This document shows, piece by piece, positions 12,366 to 24,590 of a stretch of 64,000 nucleotides of DNA. A model generated the notes under the pieces. It worked only from the letters and a program-made list of their open reading frames with translations, ran no database searches and had not been told where the DNA came from. Position 1 is the first letter of the stretch, and each line of letters begins with the position of its first letter. This stretch comes from Octopus sinensis (lineage: Eukaryota), in the NCBI RefSeq assembly GCF_006345805.1, contig NC_043023.1:19096001-19160000 (forward strand). Reading direction: 5' to 3'. The position numbers were made by a program, and so were the translations under genes.

Positions 12366-14227
12366 TAATGTTAATCTGAATTGGATAATGCACATACCCT
12401 TTAAATATAAGTAAAATATAAATAACACAAAATATATCTTAAATGCATCTTAAATGTGTCTTTATTGCGCAAATCAAACATATATTGACATACTTTAAAG
12501 GCAAATGATATGTATTTACTGTAAATCCTCGAGTATAGTCCACCCTTGAGTATAATATACAGGGGATCTTTAGGTGCTTGTAGGCAAAATGTATTTTAAA
12601 TGCATTTTAAATATGTTTTTATTGAACAAATCAAAAATATATTGACATGATTTAAATGTAAATGATATGTATTTATTTGTATTAATACACATATTTAAAA
12701 CATGCATACACAAAAAGAAAGCATTACAGACATTTGAAACCTGTCCTTTCGAGTTATTTATAAATTATTTTAAAGCCATATTTTGAAAAATAGTATCACA
12801 AAAGTTTAATGAGAATCATTTTTTCTGCGATTTCTGTAATAAAAGTGCAATCTTCAAATTTATAATTGAAGATATAATTGCAGCAGCTGCAAAAGATGAT
12901 CAATAAACACATATACCCTTTTGTATTTAATAAAAGATAGTAATATCAATAAGGCTGAACCCTTTTGATCCCAGCCTGCTGAAAACTGCCTTTGTCTTTA
13001 TTGTATGAATTCCCTGTTTTGAAGAGATCTAAAGTAAAACCTTCCATCAAGGCTTCAAATAAACTTGTGTTCCAAAACACTAGCTTAGTAAGGACAAGGT
13101 TATTTCATTGAATTCTTTACTATTTCCAAAATGTATTGAAACAAAGGCAATAATAATAATAATAAAAATGTAGTCTTTAAAATTATAATGAAAAATATTA
13201 TGTGAAACTAATTAGCACACACACACACAGATATGCTCCACGTGACTTTGTCTCTTCATAGCTTTCAGAAAAATGAAAATTCTAAATTCCTTTCAGAGTT
13301 TGTAGATTGTAATTATATCAGAATTTAATATGAAAAAATAAATCGGTGGGATACGTACTAACACAAATCCCATTTTTTGGCAGAAAATTTTGTCGCATCA
13401 AATTCCATTATAAAAAGAATCTACACCATCTGAAGTGGATTTGTAGAAAATTTCCTTAAAAAAAAAATAGATTTTTGTGAAAGTCATGAGGTAAGTCTTT
13501 GGAACATTCATGTGTAGATGTGCCCCAGGTATTGCCCCTGGGTGGGTACTATGTGTCAAGGTGCATGCATTACCTGAATATCTCTTATTATAAAAGGCAG
13601 ATTTTATGCCTCCCTTTGTCTCTTATAGAAATCTACCAATATAGGATTTCTTCAATTACAATTTACCTAGCATTTTTAAGAGTAGAATGCATCGGGTTTG
13701 CCAGGTCCACTTTTTAAAATTTCAAACCCAATTAAGCAAAATTAGAGAAAAACTCACATTCTGGTGTATGAGTCAAATGCTTCTCTTAGTGTGGTCTACA
13801 GCACACGCACACACACAGTGTGCAACGAATAAAGTGAAAGTAATTCACTGTGTGTGTGTTGACAGGTAGACAATAGAATGCGATGGCGATGTAATATTTG
13901 TTTCTGTCTATGACGCTGATAGATACATGAGTAAAATGTATGGGAAGCTAAGAGATAAGAGTGAGTGAAAATGTTCTTGGAAGAGAGTAAATATCGAGAG
14001 TGATTTGAGGAAGAGCATCGTCACCTCATTCTACATGTCCCTGTAAATTTTGGAGCGAATCGGACGGGATAAAGTTATCTCTAAGAAACAGAAAGATCGC
14101 CCAAAAGTGTATATAGATATTTAAATGTATTTATATATTCATCTATACACACATGTATGTATAATGTGCGTGTATATATTTCCATAGAGGTAACCATTCA
14201 ATCCATACAAAGTTTTTAGGACGAAAA

Positions 14228-15067
14228 TATTTATATATAAAGAAAGGTTGTGTGTCTGTCTACTCCGATTTAGATTCCTAACTACTCCCACATTTGCGAT
14301 GCAGTTTAACCAAAACCGGGTATCTTATAGTCGTGATTCATATCGAGCCCTTCTGGGTATTAGCGCGCGTCTACGATGAGTCTATGATTTACAAATAATT
14401 TACCATCATTTTTTCCATTTTAATGCATATTTTTTAATAAAGGGAAGTAACTCTCAAACTTCACACCAATATGCGTGCTCATATGCGACGTAATATCACA
14501 TCAGCAGCATTTCCTCACACCCTCCTTGCACTTGGCGAAGGCAAAATACCAGGGGATGAAAATGGTAATATTGCCATCGATTCCATTTGTAACATTGTTA
14601 AGACGCCTTCTGATCTCAGAGATGCAGTGTTCCCAGATCTACAAGCTAATTATCAGAATATAGATTGGATTGGCAAAAAAGGCTATACTGGCCCCGAGGA
14701 ATAAAACTGTTCACCATATTAATGATGAAATGCTAAAAACTCATTCCTGGGGAAGTCTATGTATATCAGTCTATCGATACAACTCCTGACCCAGAGGACG
14801 TCATCAACTATCCAATAGAGGTACTCAATTCCTTTGAGCACCCCGGATACCACCACACTTTCTCAAACTTAAAGTTGGTGCCCCTATAATGCTCATCAGA
14901 AATTTGGTTTCCCCAAAACAATGCAATGGCATACGTTTGATCGTTAAGTCCTTATCCCACCACCGAAACTTATATCAATATTTGCTGAATAATCATCATA
15001 ATTCAGTGCAATCATTAACAGTACTTTCAAGCAATTCAGCCCGAGCAACGCCGGGCAATTCTGCTAG
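14228..15067 (+). mobile_element. Internally deleted Helitron retaining a PIF1-helicase fragment
   Basis: 3' hairpin GCCCGAGCAACGCCGGGC plus CTAG|T; the frameshifted translation of 14500-14960 gives AILAPRN...YPIEVLNS...HFLKLKVGAPIMLIRNLVSPKQCNGIRLIVKSL, typical of the RepHel C-terminus. Confidence 0.9.
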
Positions 15068-15475
15068 TAATATTATATATATAATATATAGATTATATTT
15101 ATATATATATATATATATATATTATTAAATTAGAGATATAAAACCACTATTAGGCAAATCAAACAGTGTAAAACATAACCAATACATAGAAATAAAGTTA
15201 ATTATATAAAATACAAAATATATAGAATTAATATTCAAAATTTAAATTATTTAAATTTAAAGTTAAAAATTTAAATTATTAATTTTATTTATAAATTTTT
15301 ATATATATATTTTATTTTTATTTATTTATTTATTTATTTACTTATTTTATTATTGAATATATATATAACTATCAAAAAGTATAAAAAGTTTAATATAAGA
15401 TAAAAAATATATATGTGTGTATGTGTGTGAATATATATATATATATATGTGTGTGTGTGCGTGTGTGTGTGGTGA

Positions 15476-15513
<38 letters not shown>

Positions 15514-15571
15514 AGGGAGTAATCCAAACTTACATGGAGAAATTAGATTTAGGATTAAATCTAATTTTACA

Positions 15572-15641
<70 letters not shown>

Positions 15642-15899
15642 TTAGAAATAAAACCAATATTAGGCAAATCAAACAGTGAAAAACATAAACCAAAATATAG
15701 AAATAAAATTAATTAATATTCTATATTCTATATATTTGTATATTATATTAATTAATTTATTTCTATGTATTGGTTTATGTTTTCATGTTTGATTTGCCTA
15801 ATAGTGGTTTATCTCTAATTTAATTTATATATGTGTGTGTGTGTGTGTGGTGTGTGCGTGTGTGTGTGTGTGGTGTATGTATAAAAAATATATATAAAC

Positions 15900-16115
15900 T
15901 GAGTCAAGAACGCAAAACACTCAAATAGACGACACAAAACACGGACGGGTCATTCGAAGCCTCTAATCTTCAGTCAAGAACCGGATCATCTTCACAATTA
16001 CGTCTGATTAATCTTGAGATTGCTCCCATCTGGCCAGCCCCAAGGAAAAACTAAGCTAAGAGCATTAGATTTCTTGGAAAAAGGATCGAATGTATACGAA
16101 ACAAGGACAGAAAAA
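15900..16115. repeat. Interspersed repeat, duplicated at 17490-17705; possibly a Penelope-like terminus
   Basis: Two near-identical copies; degenerate CTGAAGA...CGAA on the minus strand. Confidence 0.5.
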
Positions 16116-16164
16116 CGGATAGATATATATATATGTGTGTGTGTGTGTGTGTATATATACTACT

Positions 16165-16576
16165 GTAGGAGTGGCTGTGTGGTAAGTAGCTTGCTTACGA
16201 ACGACATGGTTCCGGGTTCAATCCCATTGCGTGGCACCTTGGGTAAGTGTCTTCTACTCTAGCCTCGGGCTGACCGAAGCTTTGTGAGTGGATTTGGAAG
16301 ACAGAAACTGAAAGAAGCCCGTTGTATAAATGTATATGTATATATATATATTATATGTGTGTGTGTGTTTGAATATGTGTTTATCCCCCCAACATCGCTT
16401 GACAACCAATGCTGGTGTGTTTACGTCCCCGTAACCTAGCGGTTTGGCAAAAGAGACCGATAGAATAAGTACTAGGCTTACAAAAAAAAAGTCCCGGGGT
16501 CAATTTGCTCGACTAAAGGTGGTGCTCCAGCATGGCCGCAGTCAAATGACTGAAACCAGTAAAAGAGTAAAAGAGT
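16165..16576 (+). mobile_element. SINE family A
   Basis: Head-spacer-tail; local duplicate of 17766-18163. Confidence 0.88.
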
Positions 16577-16781
16577 CTATTATATATATATATATATATA
16601 TATATAAATTAAATTAGAGATAAAACCACTATTAGGCAAATCAAACAGTGAAAAACATAAACCAAAACATAGAAATAAAATTAATTAATATAATATACAA
16701 AATATATAGAATATAAAATTCAAAATTTAAATTATTTAAAGTTAAGTTAAAAATTTAAAATTATTATTTATATTTATAAAT

Positions 16782-16850
<69 letters not shown>

Positions 16851-16994
16851 ATTTATTTTTATTTTTATTATTATTTTTCTTATTGAATATATATAACTAT
16901 CAAAATGTATAAAAAGTTTAATATAATATAAAAAAATATATGTGTGTGTCTATGTGAATATATATATTGTGTGTGTGTGTGCGTGTGTGTGTGA

Positions 16995-17054
<60 letters not shown>

Positions 17055-17419
17055 ATCATAATAATAATAATATTAGGGAGTAAATCCAAACTTACAGGGA
17101 AAAATTAGATTTAGATTAAATCTAATTTTACAGTATATAAATATGATTAAATTAGAGATAAAACCACTATTAGGCAAATCAAACAGTGAAAAACATAAAC
17201 CAATACATAGAAATAAAATTAATTAATATAATATACAAAATATATAGAATATAATTAATTAATTTTATTTCTATGATTTGGTTTATGTTTTCCACTGTTT
17301 GATTTGCCTAATAGTGGTTTTATTTCTAATTTAATATATATGTGTGTGTCTGTGTGTGTGTGTGGGGGGGGGTGTATGTATATATGTGTGTGTGGTGTGT
17401 TTATATATATATATATTTA

Positions 17420-17472
<53 letters not shown>

Positions 17473-17765
17473 AAAAAATATTTATAAGGTGGGACAAGAA
17501 CGCAAAACATTCAAATAGACGATACGAAAACGGACGGGTCATTCGAAGCCTCTAATCTTCAGTGAAGAACCGGATCATCCTCGCAATTTCGTCTGATTAA
17601 TCTTGAGATTGCTCCCATCTGGCCAGCCCCAAGGTAAAACTAAGCTAAGAGCATTAGATTTCTTGGAAAAAGGATCGAATGTACACGAAACAAGGACAGA
17701 AAAACGGATGTATATATATATATATATATATGTGTTGTGTGTGTGTGGTGTGTATATATACTACT

Positions 17766-18163
17766 GTAGGAGTGGATGGTGCGTAAGTAGCTTGCTTACG
17801 AACGACATGGTTCCGGGTTCAGTCCCATTGCGTGGCACCTTGGGTAAGTGTCTTCTACTCTAGCCTCGGGCCGACCGAAGCCTTGTGAGTGGATTGGAAG
17901 ACGGAAACTGAAGAAGCCCGTGTATATAGTATATGTATATATATATGTGTGTGTTGAATATGTGTTTGTCCCCCCAACATCGCTTGACAACTAATGCTGG
18001 TGTGTTTACGTCCCCGTAACTTAGCGGTTTGGCAAAAGATACCGATAGAATAAGTACTAGGCTTACAAAGAATAAGTCCTGGGGTCGATTCTCTCGACTA
18101 AAGGCGGTGCTCCAGCATGGCCACAGTCAAATGACTGAAATTAGTAAAAGAGTAAAAGAGTAA
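17766..18163 (+). mobile_element. SINE family A
   Basis: Paralog of 1-340. Confidence 0.88.
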
Positions 18164-18241
18164 GCCAAATGTTTTCTACACCCGACATGTTTTCTACGTG
18201 TATATCTGGAAAATTTTGTTGGAGTATTCATTTTTAAAGCA

Positions 18242-18296
<55 letters not shown>

Positions 18297-19379
18297 AAGG
18301 AATGATCCTAAAAAAAATATTTCCAATTCCACCCTTCATAGTTACAATCTTTGGAGGAATTCAGCAAAATCATTTCTTCCTAATATGTATCTCTGGAAAT
18401 TTTCTTCATAAACTCGGTCGGTGGAGCATAGGTCTATATTTTGGGAATGTAATCTTTATATATATAAAACTGAGAATGTGTGTCTGTCTGTCTGTGTGTC
18501 TGTCTGTCTGTGTGTCTGTCTGTCTGTGTGTTTCCCTAAAACTTGAGAACTACACAACCAATTTCATTCAAATTTTACACATGCCTTACTTAATGTCCGG
18601 GGAATGTCATTGAACTTTTTGCCTAGGGCGAGCCCACAGCAATATCATACCTTCTCCACTACGATTCCCTAAAACTTGAGAACTACATAACTAATTCCAT
18701 TCAAATTTTACACATGCCTTACTTAGGGTCTATGTAGTTTCATGGACAAAAAAATGTTCAACTTCTTGCCTAGAGCGAGCCCATAGCAATATCATATCTT
18801 CTCCACTATTTCAGTATTATATGTTAAAAGTGAAACAAAAACGTTTCTCTATTTTATGTCAGATACTTTCACTTTAACAATAAAAATAATAATAACAATT
18901 GAATTATATGTAGTAAGTAATAATTAAAATCAAACTAAAGTATAATATAATCGTAACATAAAAAAAAAGTAAAAATAGCAATTGGTATGGAATTGCATCA
19001 ATGATTTGAACTTGAATTAGTGGTTTCACATGAATGGGAATGAATTAAAAATAAAATTAGCGTGCAGACATGGAATAGTCCAGATGGATAATAAAAAATT
19101 AAATTAAAGAAAAGACTATTGTCTATAAAGTATACAATGTAGAGAAAAAAGATTTGAACACATGGAGGAAATCTATTTTTGAGTGTATAGTAAGTTATAA
19201 TATTGTGTATATTTTCTCCATTGTGATCTACTGTTTCTAGCTGTCTGTCTGTGTTGTTGTAAAACTGTTGAAGTAGGCCTTCGTGCGAGGGCTTCGTGTT
19301 GGTGTTTCCCCCCTCCGTGGGGGAAAGAGCTATCATTATCTTGGGTGTGCCAAGGGCTTGTTAAAGCCAGCTATCAGAG

Positions 19380-20364
19380 ATGGAATCCCCCATCTCGAAT
19401 TCAAGTGATGCAGGAACACCGGCGGTGTCGCCAAAGAAAAAAGAGGCGGGATCGCCAAAGGAAAAAGTCATTCCAGCCAGCGAGAAAAAATTTTCTGAAG
19501 TAGCTGGGAAGAAAATTAAAAAAATTAACGTGGACAACCTGGGAAAACATGCAGACTGTGTGTCAAAAGAGGGCACAGAAGTAACCGTGGCTTCAAACGC
19601 CCAAATACAAGAGGAAATTTCGAATAGGAGAATAATCTATAAGACATTCTATAACACAGCAAGCAATACAAAAAATAGAGGAAAAAAAGATCGAAAACTG
19701 CTTAAAGCCGATTATGGATAAAATAACATATATCAATCGAGGGAAGAAATTCGGCACAGTGGAGGTGAGATTCACGTCAGAGGAGGTGGCAAAGAAGCTA
19801 TCAATGGAACCCATAAAAGCAGAGGATATTGTTCTCCTACCCCTGTATAGGCAAGAGAACTTCCAAGATCACAATGAATAACATTCCGCCAAAGCGGATG
19901 CCGAAGTCCTGGTGGCAGCAGTTATGGTAGGCCTGGAGGAAAAAATAAACATCCTCCAGGCCACCGTAGAAGAAGAAGAATTCTGGAAAGGGCAAAAAAT
20001 AATAATAGCCATACAAGCAGAAGTACAAACCCTGGAAGAGATCCCAGAGACTCTAAAGATAAGTGAAGATGAAAGAGTCACAGTCTTTGTAGAGGGAAGA
20101 AAGCCGAGGTGCTTCGGCTGCGGTAAGAAAGGGCATGTAAGGGCCCTTGAAGAAGAAGAAGCCGTGTCGTCAGAAACAGCGCTGGTCGGCCCAGGAGGGA
20201 CGACTGAAAGTGTGGAGGCGACAAAGGCAGTGGAACCAACGGAGGAGGAAGAAAAAAGCGAGGAAACGAAAAAGGAGGAGGGGTGGTCAAAAATCACCCG
20301 GAAAAAAAGAAAAACTGAAACCACCCCTCCCAAAGTAAACCAAAAAAAAAAAGGGAGTCATTGA
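19380..20364 (+). pseudogene. Tx1 ORF1 (gag-like), frameshifted
   Basis: GKKFGTVEVRF...IVLLPLY; RKPRCFGCGKKGHVR knuckle remnant; basic tail WSKITRKKRK. Confidence 0.8.
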
Positions 20365-20643
20365 ACTCTTTTATGGCCGTTAAGGCCACGAACAATAGAC
20401 TTGGAAATGTGTTGGCAGCGATGGCCAAAGTAGAAAAAATAGGGAAAAAACGATTATGTTTTATACAGAATAGGCCGGAAGGATTACGGACGGATAAAGT
20501 CCGAATTTTTCCATGACGTAGGCCCGCTCAGAATGGATATAACATCTCCATATATATAGGGGCCTGCGTCAGACTCCCCCACGAGGCCCAGAAAAAGAGA
20601 AGGAAGAAGAGGAAAAAACCGAACCACTGATATAAGGTAAGTA

Positions 20644-23600
20644 ATGGATTACATTTATGTTGGTTGTTTAAATGTGCGCGGCCTGGGAGCAGGCTGGAAG
20701 CAAGGTCGCTTCCTGCATGATATCAGGTCGCGTAATTTAGATGTTATTGTTGCTACAGAAACCCGGTTAGAGGGGCCAAGAGGTCTACTCCCGCTGTTTG
20801 ACGGCTACGAGAGTTTTTTTCTCTCCTGGCAGTCCTACAGGCGGGAGTGGGGTGTTGGTCCTATTAAAAAGAAACCGGGTCTCTGAGAAAAAGTTAATTT
20901 TTGCAGATCCAGAAGGTAGGCTGGTCGTCATGGATTTGACGTTCAGTAACGGTAAAGTTATCAGACTGGTTGCAATTTACGCACCCAACCATACGGGGCA
21001 AAGTGATTATTTTCGTGAACTAGAAAACTTTCTTGGTACTTCGCATTCATTAGTGGTGCTAGGAGACTTCAACACAATTTGCAAAGCGGATGTAGATTAT
21101 GTTGGCTCGTGTCCAGATAGAAAAGGCAACAGTGGCTTCATGGAACTGCTAAGCCGCTTTGAGCTAGCAGATCCTTATAGGCTGGAATTTCCGTACGCTC
21201 CATTGTGGACATGGTCAAACAGCGACGGATCTTCCAGGTCATATCTAGATAGAATACTAATTAGAAAAGTAGACAGTAAAATAGCTAAGTGTCCACAGTT
21301 CTACCCGATCAGCTACAGTGATCATAAAATGGTCACTTGTAAGCTTGACATAGATAAGGTAAAATAGAGGATCCGGTTATGGAAACTTAATACGTCCCTT
21401 TTGGCGATTAAGGAGTACAAAGACCGGATTAGGGATATAATTCAGAGGGCACTATCTGGTACCATCATTAATAACAAATGGTGGTACGCCCTCAAACGAG
21501 CCATCAAGTTTGAGTCTATTAGATATAGCATAGGAGTAGTGGCTAGAGAGGCTAGAAGGGAAACTACTCTAGTTAAGGAATTAGAGGAAGCCATGAAAAC
21601 TGGCTCTGCGGCTCAGGTGGCGTCCAAGAGACTGGTGTTAAACCAGCACCTCGAGGCCAAACACATGGGCTGCATTGTCAGAGCTAGAATCCGTCATATG
21701 GGATGTGAAGGAATCAACGTCGTGAGATGGGCCCGAGTGGTGGAAGCTCAGCATGGTAACGATGCCACGATTCGATCTTTGACGAACCAACAAGGTGAGT
21801 TGATAAACGAACCCGAGGAGATGTGTGAGGCCTTTCAGGAGCACTTCGCTCAGCTTTTCGGTGAGTGCGGCGGGCTGGATAGGAGGAGGGCCTTTACGGA
21901 CCTACTCGACGGTCTGCCGCGCTTATCGGGGCGAGATGCGGAGGGCTGTGAAGGGCCAATCACGCCTGAGGAGGTGATTGAGGCAATGGCGGACTGCGGC
22001 GCGGACAAGGCGCCGGTTTGGATGGTCTACCCTATGAGTTATATAGAGTATGCCAGACTTGTTCGGGCACCTACTGGCGGAGGTCTATGCGAACTGGCAG
22101 CAGAACGGGCTTATACCCAGATCTGTGCGCCGGGGAGTAGTGACTCTCGTCAGAAAGGACCCGAGCAAGGGGAGTGGCATTGATAATTTCAGGCCCATCA
22201 CTCTGCTAAACACAGAGTTGAAGATTTTGGCCAAAGTGTTATCGAAAAGATTGGCGCGTGTCGCGGATGGTCTGATCGGAGAGGCACAGACATGTGCCGT
22301 TCCGGGCAGATCCATTCAGGATAATCTCCATCTAATGCGGTACACTATAGAGGGGTTTAATAGTGATTCTGGCAAGGGTGGGGCACTGGTCCATTTAGAC
22401 CAATCCAAAGCTTTTGATAGGGTCGACCATCGTTACCTGGTGTCTGCCTGGCACAGTTCGGGCTGAGCCTTGGCTTCCTCAGTGGATTATCCAAATTACG
22501 ACAACATCGACTCGGTAGTTCGGGTGAACGGCTTCTTGTCGAAGCCGTTCAAAATCAAACGCTCGGTTCGTCAAGGGTGTCCGCTCTCCCCGCTTTGTAC
22601 ATGATGGCTCTTGAGCCATTACTGCGAAAACTGAGCGGCATCCCGAGACAGCCAGGTAATGGAAAATCAGTGTCAGCGTACGGAGGATGACATCACCATC
22701 ATCGTAACCAAAGACCACCTATGTAAAGTAGGCAAGGCCATAGAGGTTACGAGACGGTGACAGGAGCAAAAGGTTAATCGCGAAAAGTCAGTCGGCTTGC
22801 AACTCGGCACCTGGAGAGGCAAGTCGGATGCCTCCTGACAGCGTCGTGGGAAGTTGGACGGAGGGTCCGATTAAACTGCTAGGGGTCTGGTTCGGTCCAG
22901 ACCTCCAAATAGAGAAGAATTGGGGCGAGGTAACGAGCAAGGTGGCTGCAGTAGCCAAGACCTGGTCTTGGCGGTGGCTTATCCCTGAAAGGGAGGGCGG
23001 AGGTGGCCAATGTGTTTATCGCATCGGTTATCACCTACCGCTTTCCGTCGTTCCTTGCCTGATTCGTGGTTGATCAAGTTGGAATGGAAGACGCTCTTCT
23101 ACTTCTTGTGGAAGGGCGGGAAACCACTTGTGAAACGCTCTACTTGCTGTCAACAACCGTTAAAGGGTGGGCTAGGGATGCCTTGGCTGATGATGCGCAG
23201 ACATGCGCTGAGGTTAAGACATCTGTGGCTCTACCTGGATGGTGAAACGGGGGTGGTCTTCGCTAGCAAAATGGATGTTTCCCAAGTTCACTAGTTTCGG
23301 TGGATTGGAAACCTGGCTGAATCGTAGATCGAAACTTGGTACTTGGTACACGGAGTGTCGCAAGGCTCTCCTGCTATTCCGTCGCTCGGGCAACGCCTGC
23401 GGTGGGGGTTCCACCACATTCCTCTATAGAGGGTTGGTAGAGGCGGAATGTGAAGATACCCTTGGGGGAAACCCTAGGTCTCGACGATAATCAGCTGGCC
23501 AGTCTGGTTCCGACGTACGTTCGAGCCGAGGACACTGGACAACTTCCAGAAGTCTCTGGCATGGCAATGCTACAGAGGAGCTCTACCTGTTCGGGATAAA

Positions 23601-24030
23601 CTCGCAAGGCACGGTGGCCAAGACAGTCCGATATGTCCAAGATGCGGGCGGGATAGGGAACCGTCCCGCACGCTATTTGTTCATTGTCCGGACGGTCTGA
23701 GGTGTGGGTTTATGCCGAACAGCTGTTGTCAGGTACACGAAGAGTACAGCTGTCGACTGAGTCGATTACAAAATTGACCCACCGGATTTCCTCGTGAATG
23801 AGGTAAGTTTCGTTTTCTTGTTGTAGTAGCAATGCGAAAGAAGTGATATGGAAGACGAGAATGAAAGGTTTACAGTCAGGCAAGTTCATCTCCGGCCCTG
23901 GTTTGATGAATTACTTCATCTTTCACCTGAAAAGGAAGATAGGGCTGAGAGAAAGTGCCTGACTGGGAGAGTGTATGAAGAACGATGGAAGGATGTAGCA
24001 CGAAAGTTGCGAATGAAAGTCACAACATAA
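20644..24030 (+). pseudogene. Tx1 ORF2 (APE endonuclease, reverse transcriptase, zf), several frameshifts
   Basis: GCLNVRGL, VATETRL, VLGDFN, YLDRILI, SDHKMV; FRPITLLNTELKILAKVLSKRL, LDQSKAFDRVDH, RQGCPLSP, SAYxDDIT; RGALPVRDKL...CPRCGRDRE. Confidence 0.92.
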
Positions 24031-24269
24031 AATGTAATACCAAGTGCAACCAAAAGTATCAGTGGGAGGCGGGGCTCGTGGGGTCCGAGCTGAACCGCAA
24101 CCACACTCCATCTGAATGTCTTCCGGTCTATTCCATCATCCGATTTGTGTGTTATTTTTGTAATTTCATGATATTTTTAATTCGATTTTGTGTAAAAACA
24201 TCTGTATGTCTGACCCAAATCGATTGTTTGTCCCCTCTATGTTCGCCCTTGTGGGTAGTAATAAAACAA

Positions 24270-24590
24270 CATGGAGGAGGAAAGCACCTTCGAAAAGTGT
24301 CTTGGTGCGACTATGAAAGGTATTTAATCAGAGCGGGTAAATTAACCACAATAGAAGCAAGGTTCGAGTCAACGGAGCGTGCAAGGGAGAGATCAACTCG
24401 AACTTGCAAAGTGGAAATATTTTATTTTTACCATGATATCTGGGACGTAGGACGTGCCGGGAAAAAATTAAAAAATGCCCCTTCTCCCCAGAGTAGATGT
24501 AGTCTGGATTGTAGCACACTTCTATACAAGAGGGGGACAAGATACAATTGATCGAAATTACAAGAGACGGGCTAACAATTCCAGTCTGTT
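24270..24590 (+). pseudogene. Fragment of a second, divergent Tx1-like ORF1
   Basis: EEESTFEKCLGATMKG..YLIRAGKLTTIEARFESTERA..ILFLP*YLGRR aligns with EEKKIENCLKPIMDKITYINR.GKKFGTVEVRFTSEEVA..IVLLPLY.GKR of the upstream element. Confidence 0.7.

Larger units (their letters stand above)
1..13580 (+). repeat. Segmental duplication copy 1 (paralogous to about 17833-35715)
   Basis: Collinear unique-sequence anchors, e.g. 341-640 vs 18164-18452, 1256-1600 vs 24790-25140, 4035-4300 vs 27685-27950, 11570-12450 vs 33955-34990, 13230-13580 vs 35370-35720. Confidence 0.93.
15125..17335. repeat. Cluster of AT-rich palindromic MITE-like repeats and microsatellites
   Basis: Arms AATTAGAGATAAAACCACTATTAGGCAAATCAAACAGTG and the reverse complement at about 15130, 15645-15815, 16610 and 17150-17335; another copy at 55070-55245. 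Confidence 0.75.
19270..24266 (+). mobile_element. Near-full-length Tx1/L1-clade non-LTR retrotransposon (frameshifted); 5' boundary approximate
   Basis: ORF1 with a Zn-knuckle-like motif, ORF2 with APE, RT and C-terminal Zn finger; 3' end ...GTGGGTAGTAATAAAA. Confidence 0.92.

Noticed and set aside
15900-16010. Degenerate CTGAAGA...CGAA on the minus strand as a second hammerhead
   Set aside because: Stem II and the GAAA element do not fit.
19158-19170. ACATGGAGGA shared with the Tx1 right flank (24269-24278) as a possible TSD
   Set aside because: It lies about 100 bp from the apparent 5' start, is only 10 bp long, and the right flank is explained by an ORF1 fragment. It cannot be called a TSD.
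18998-19336. 112-aa minus-strand ORF within the Helitron
   Set aside because: No recognisable domain; the C-terminal half is low-complexity hydrophobic sequence from AT-rich DNA.
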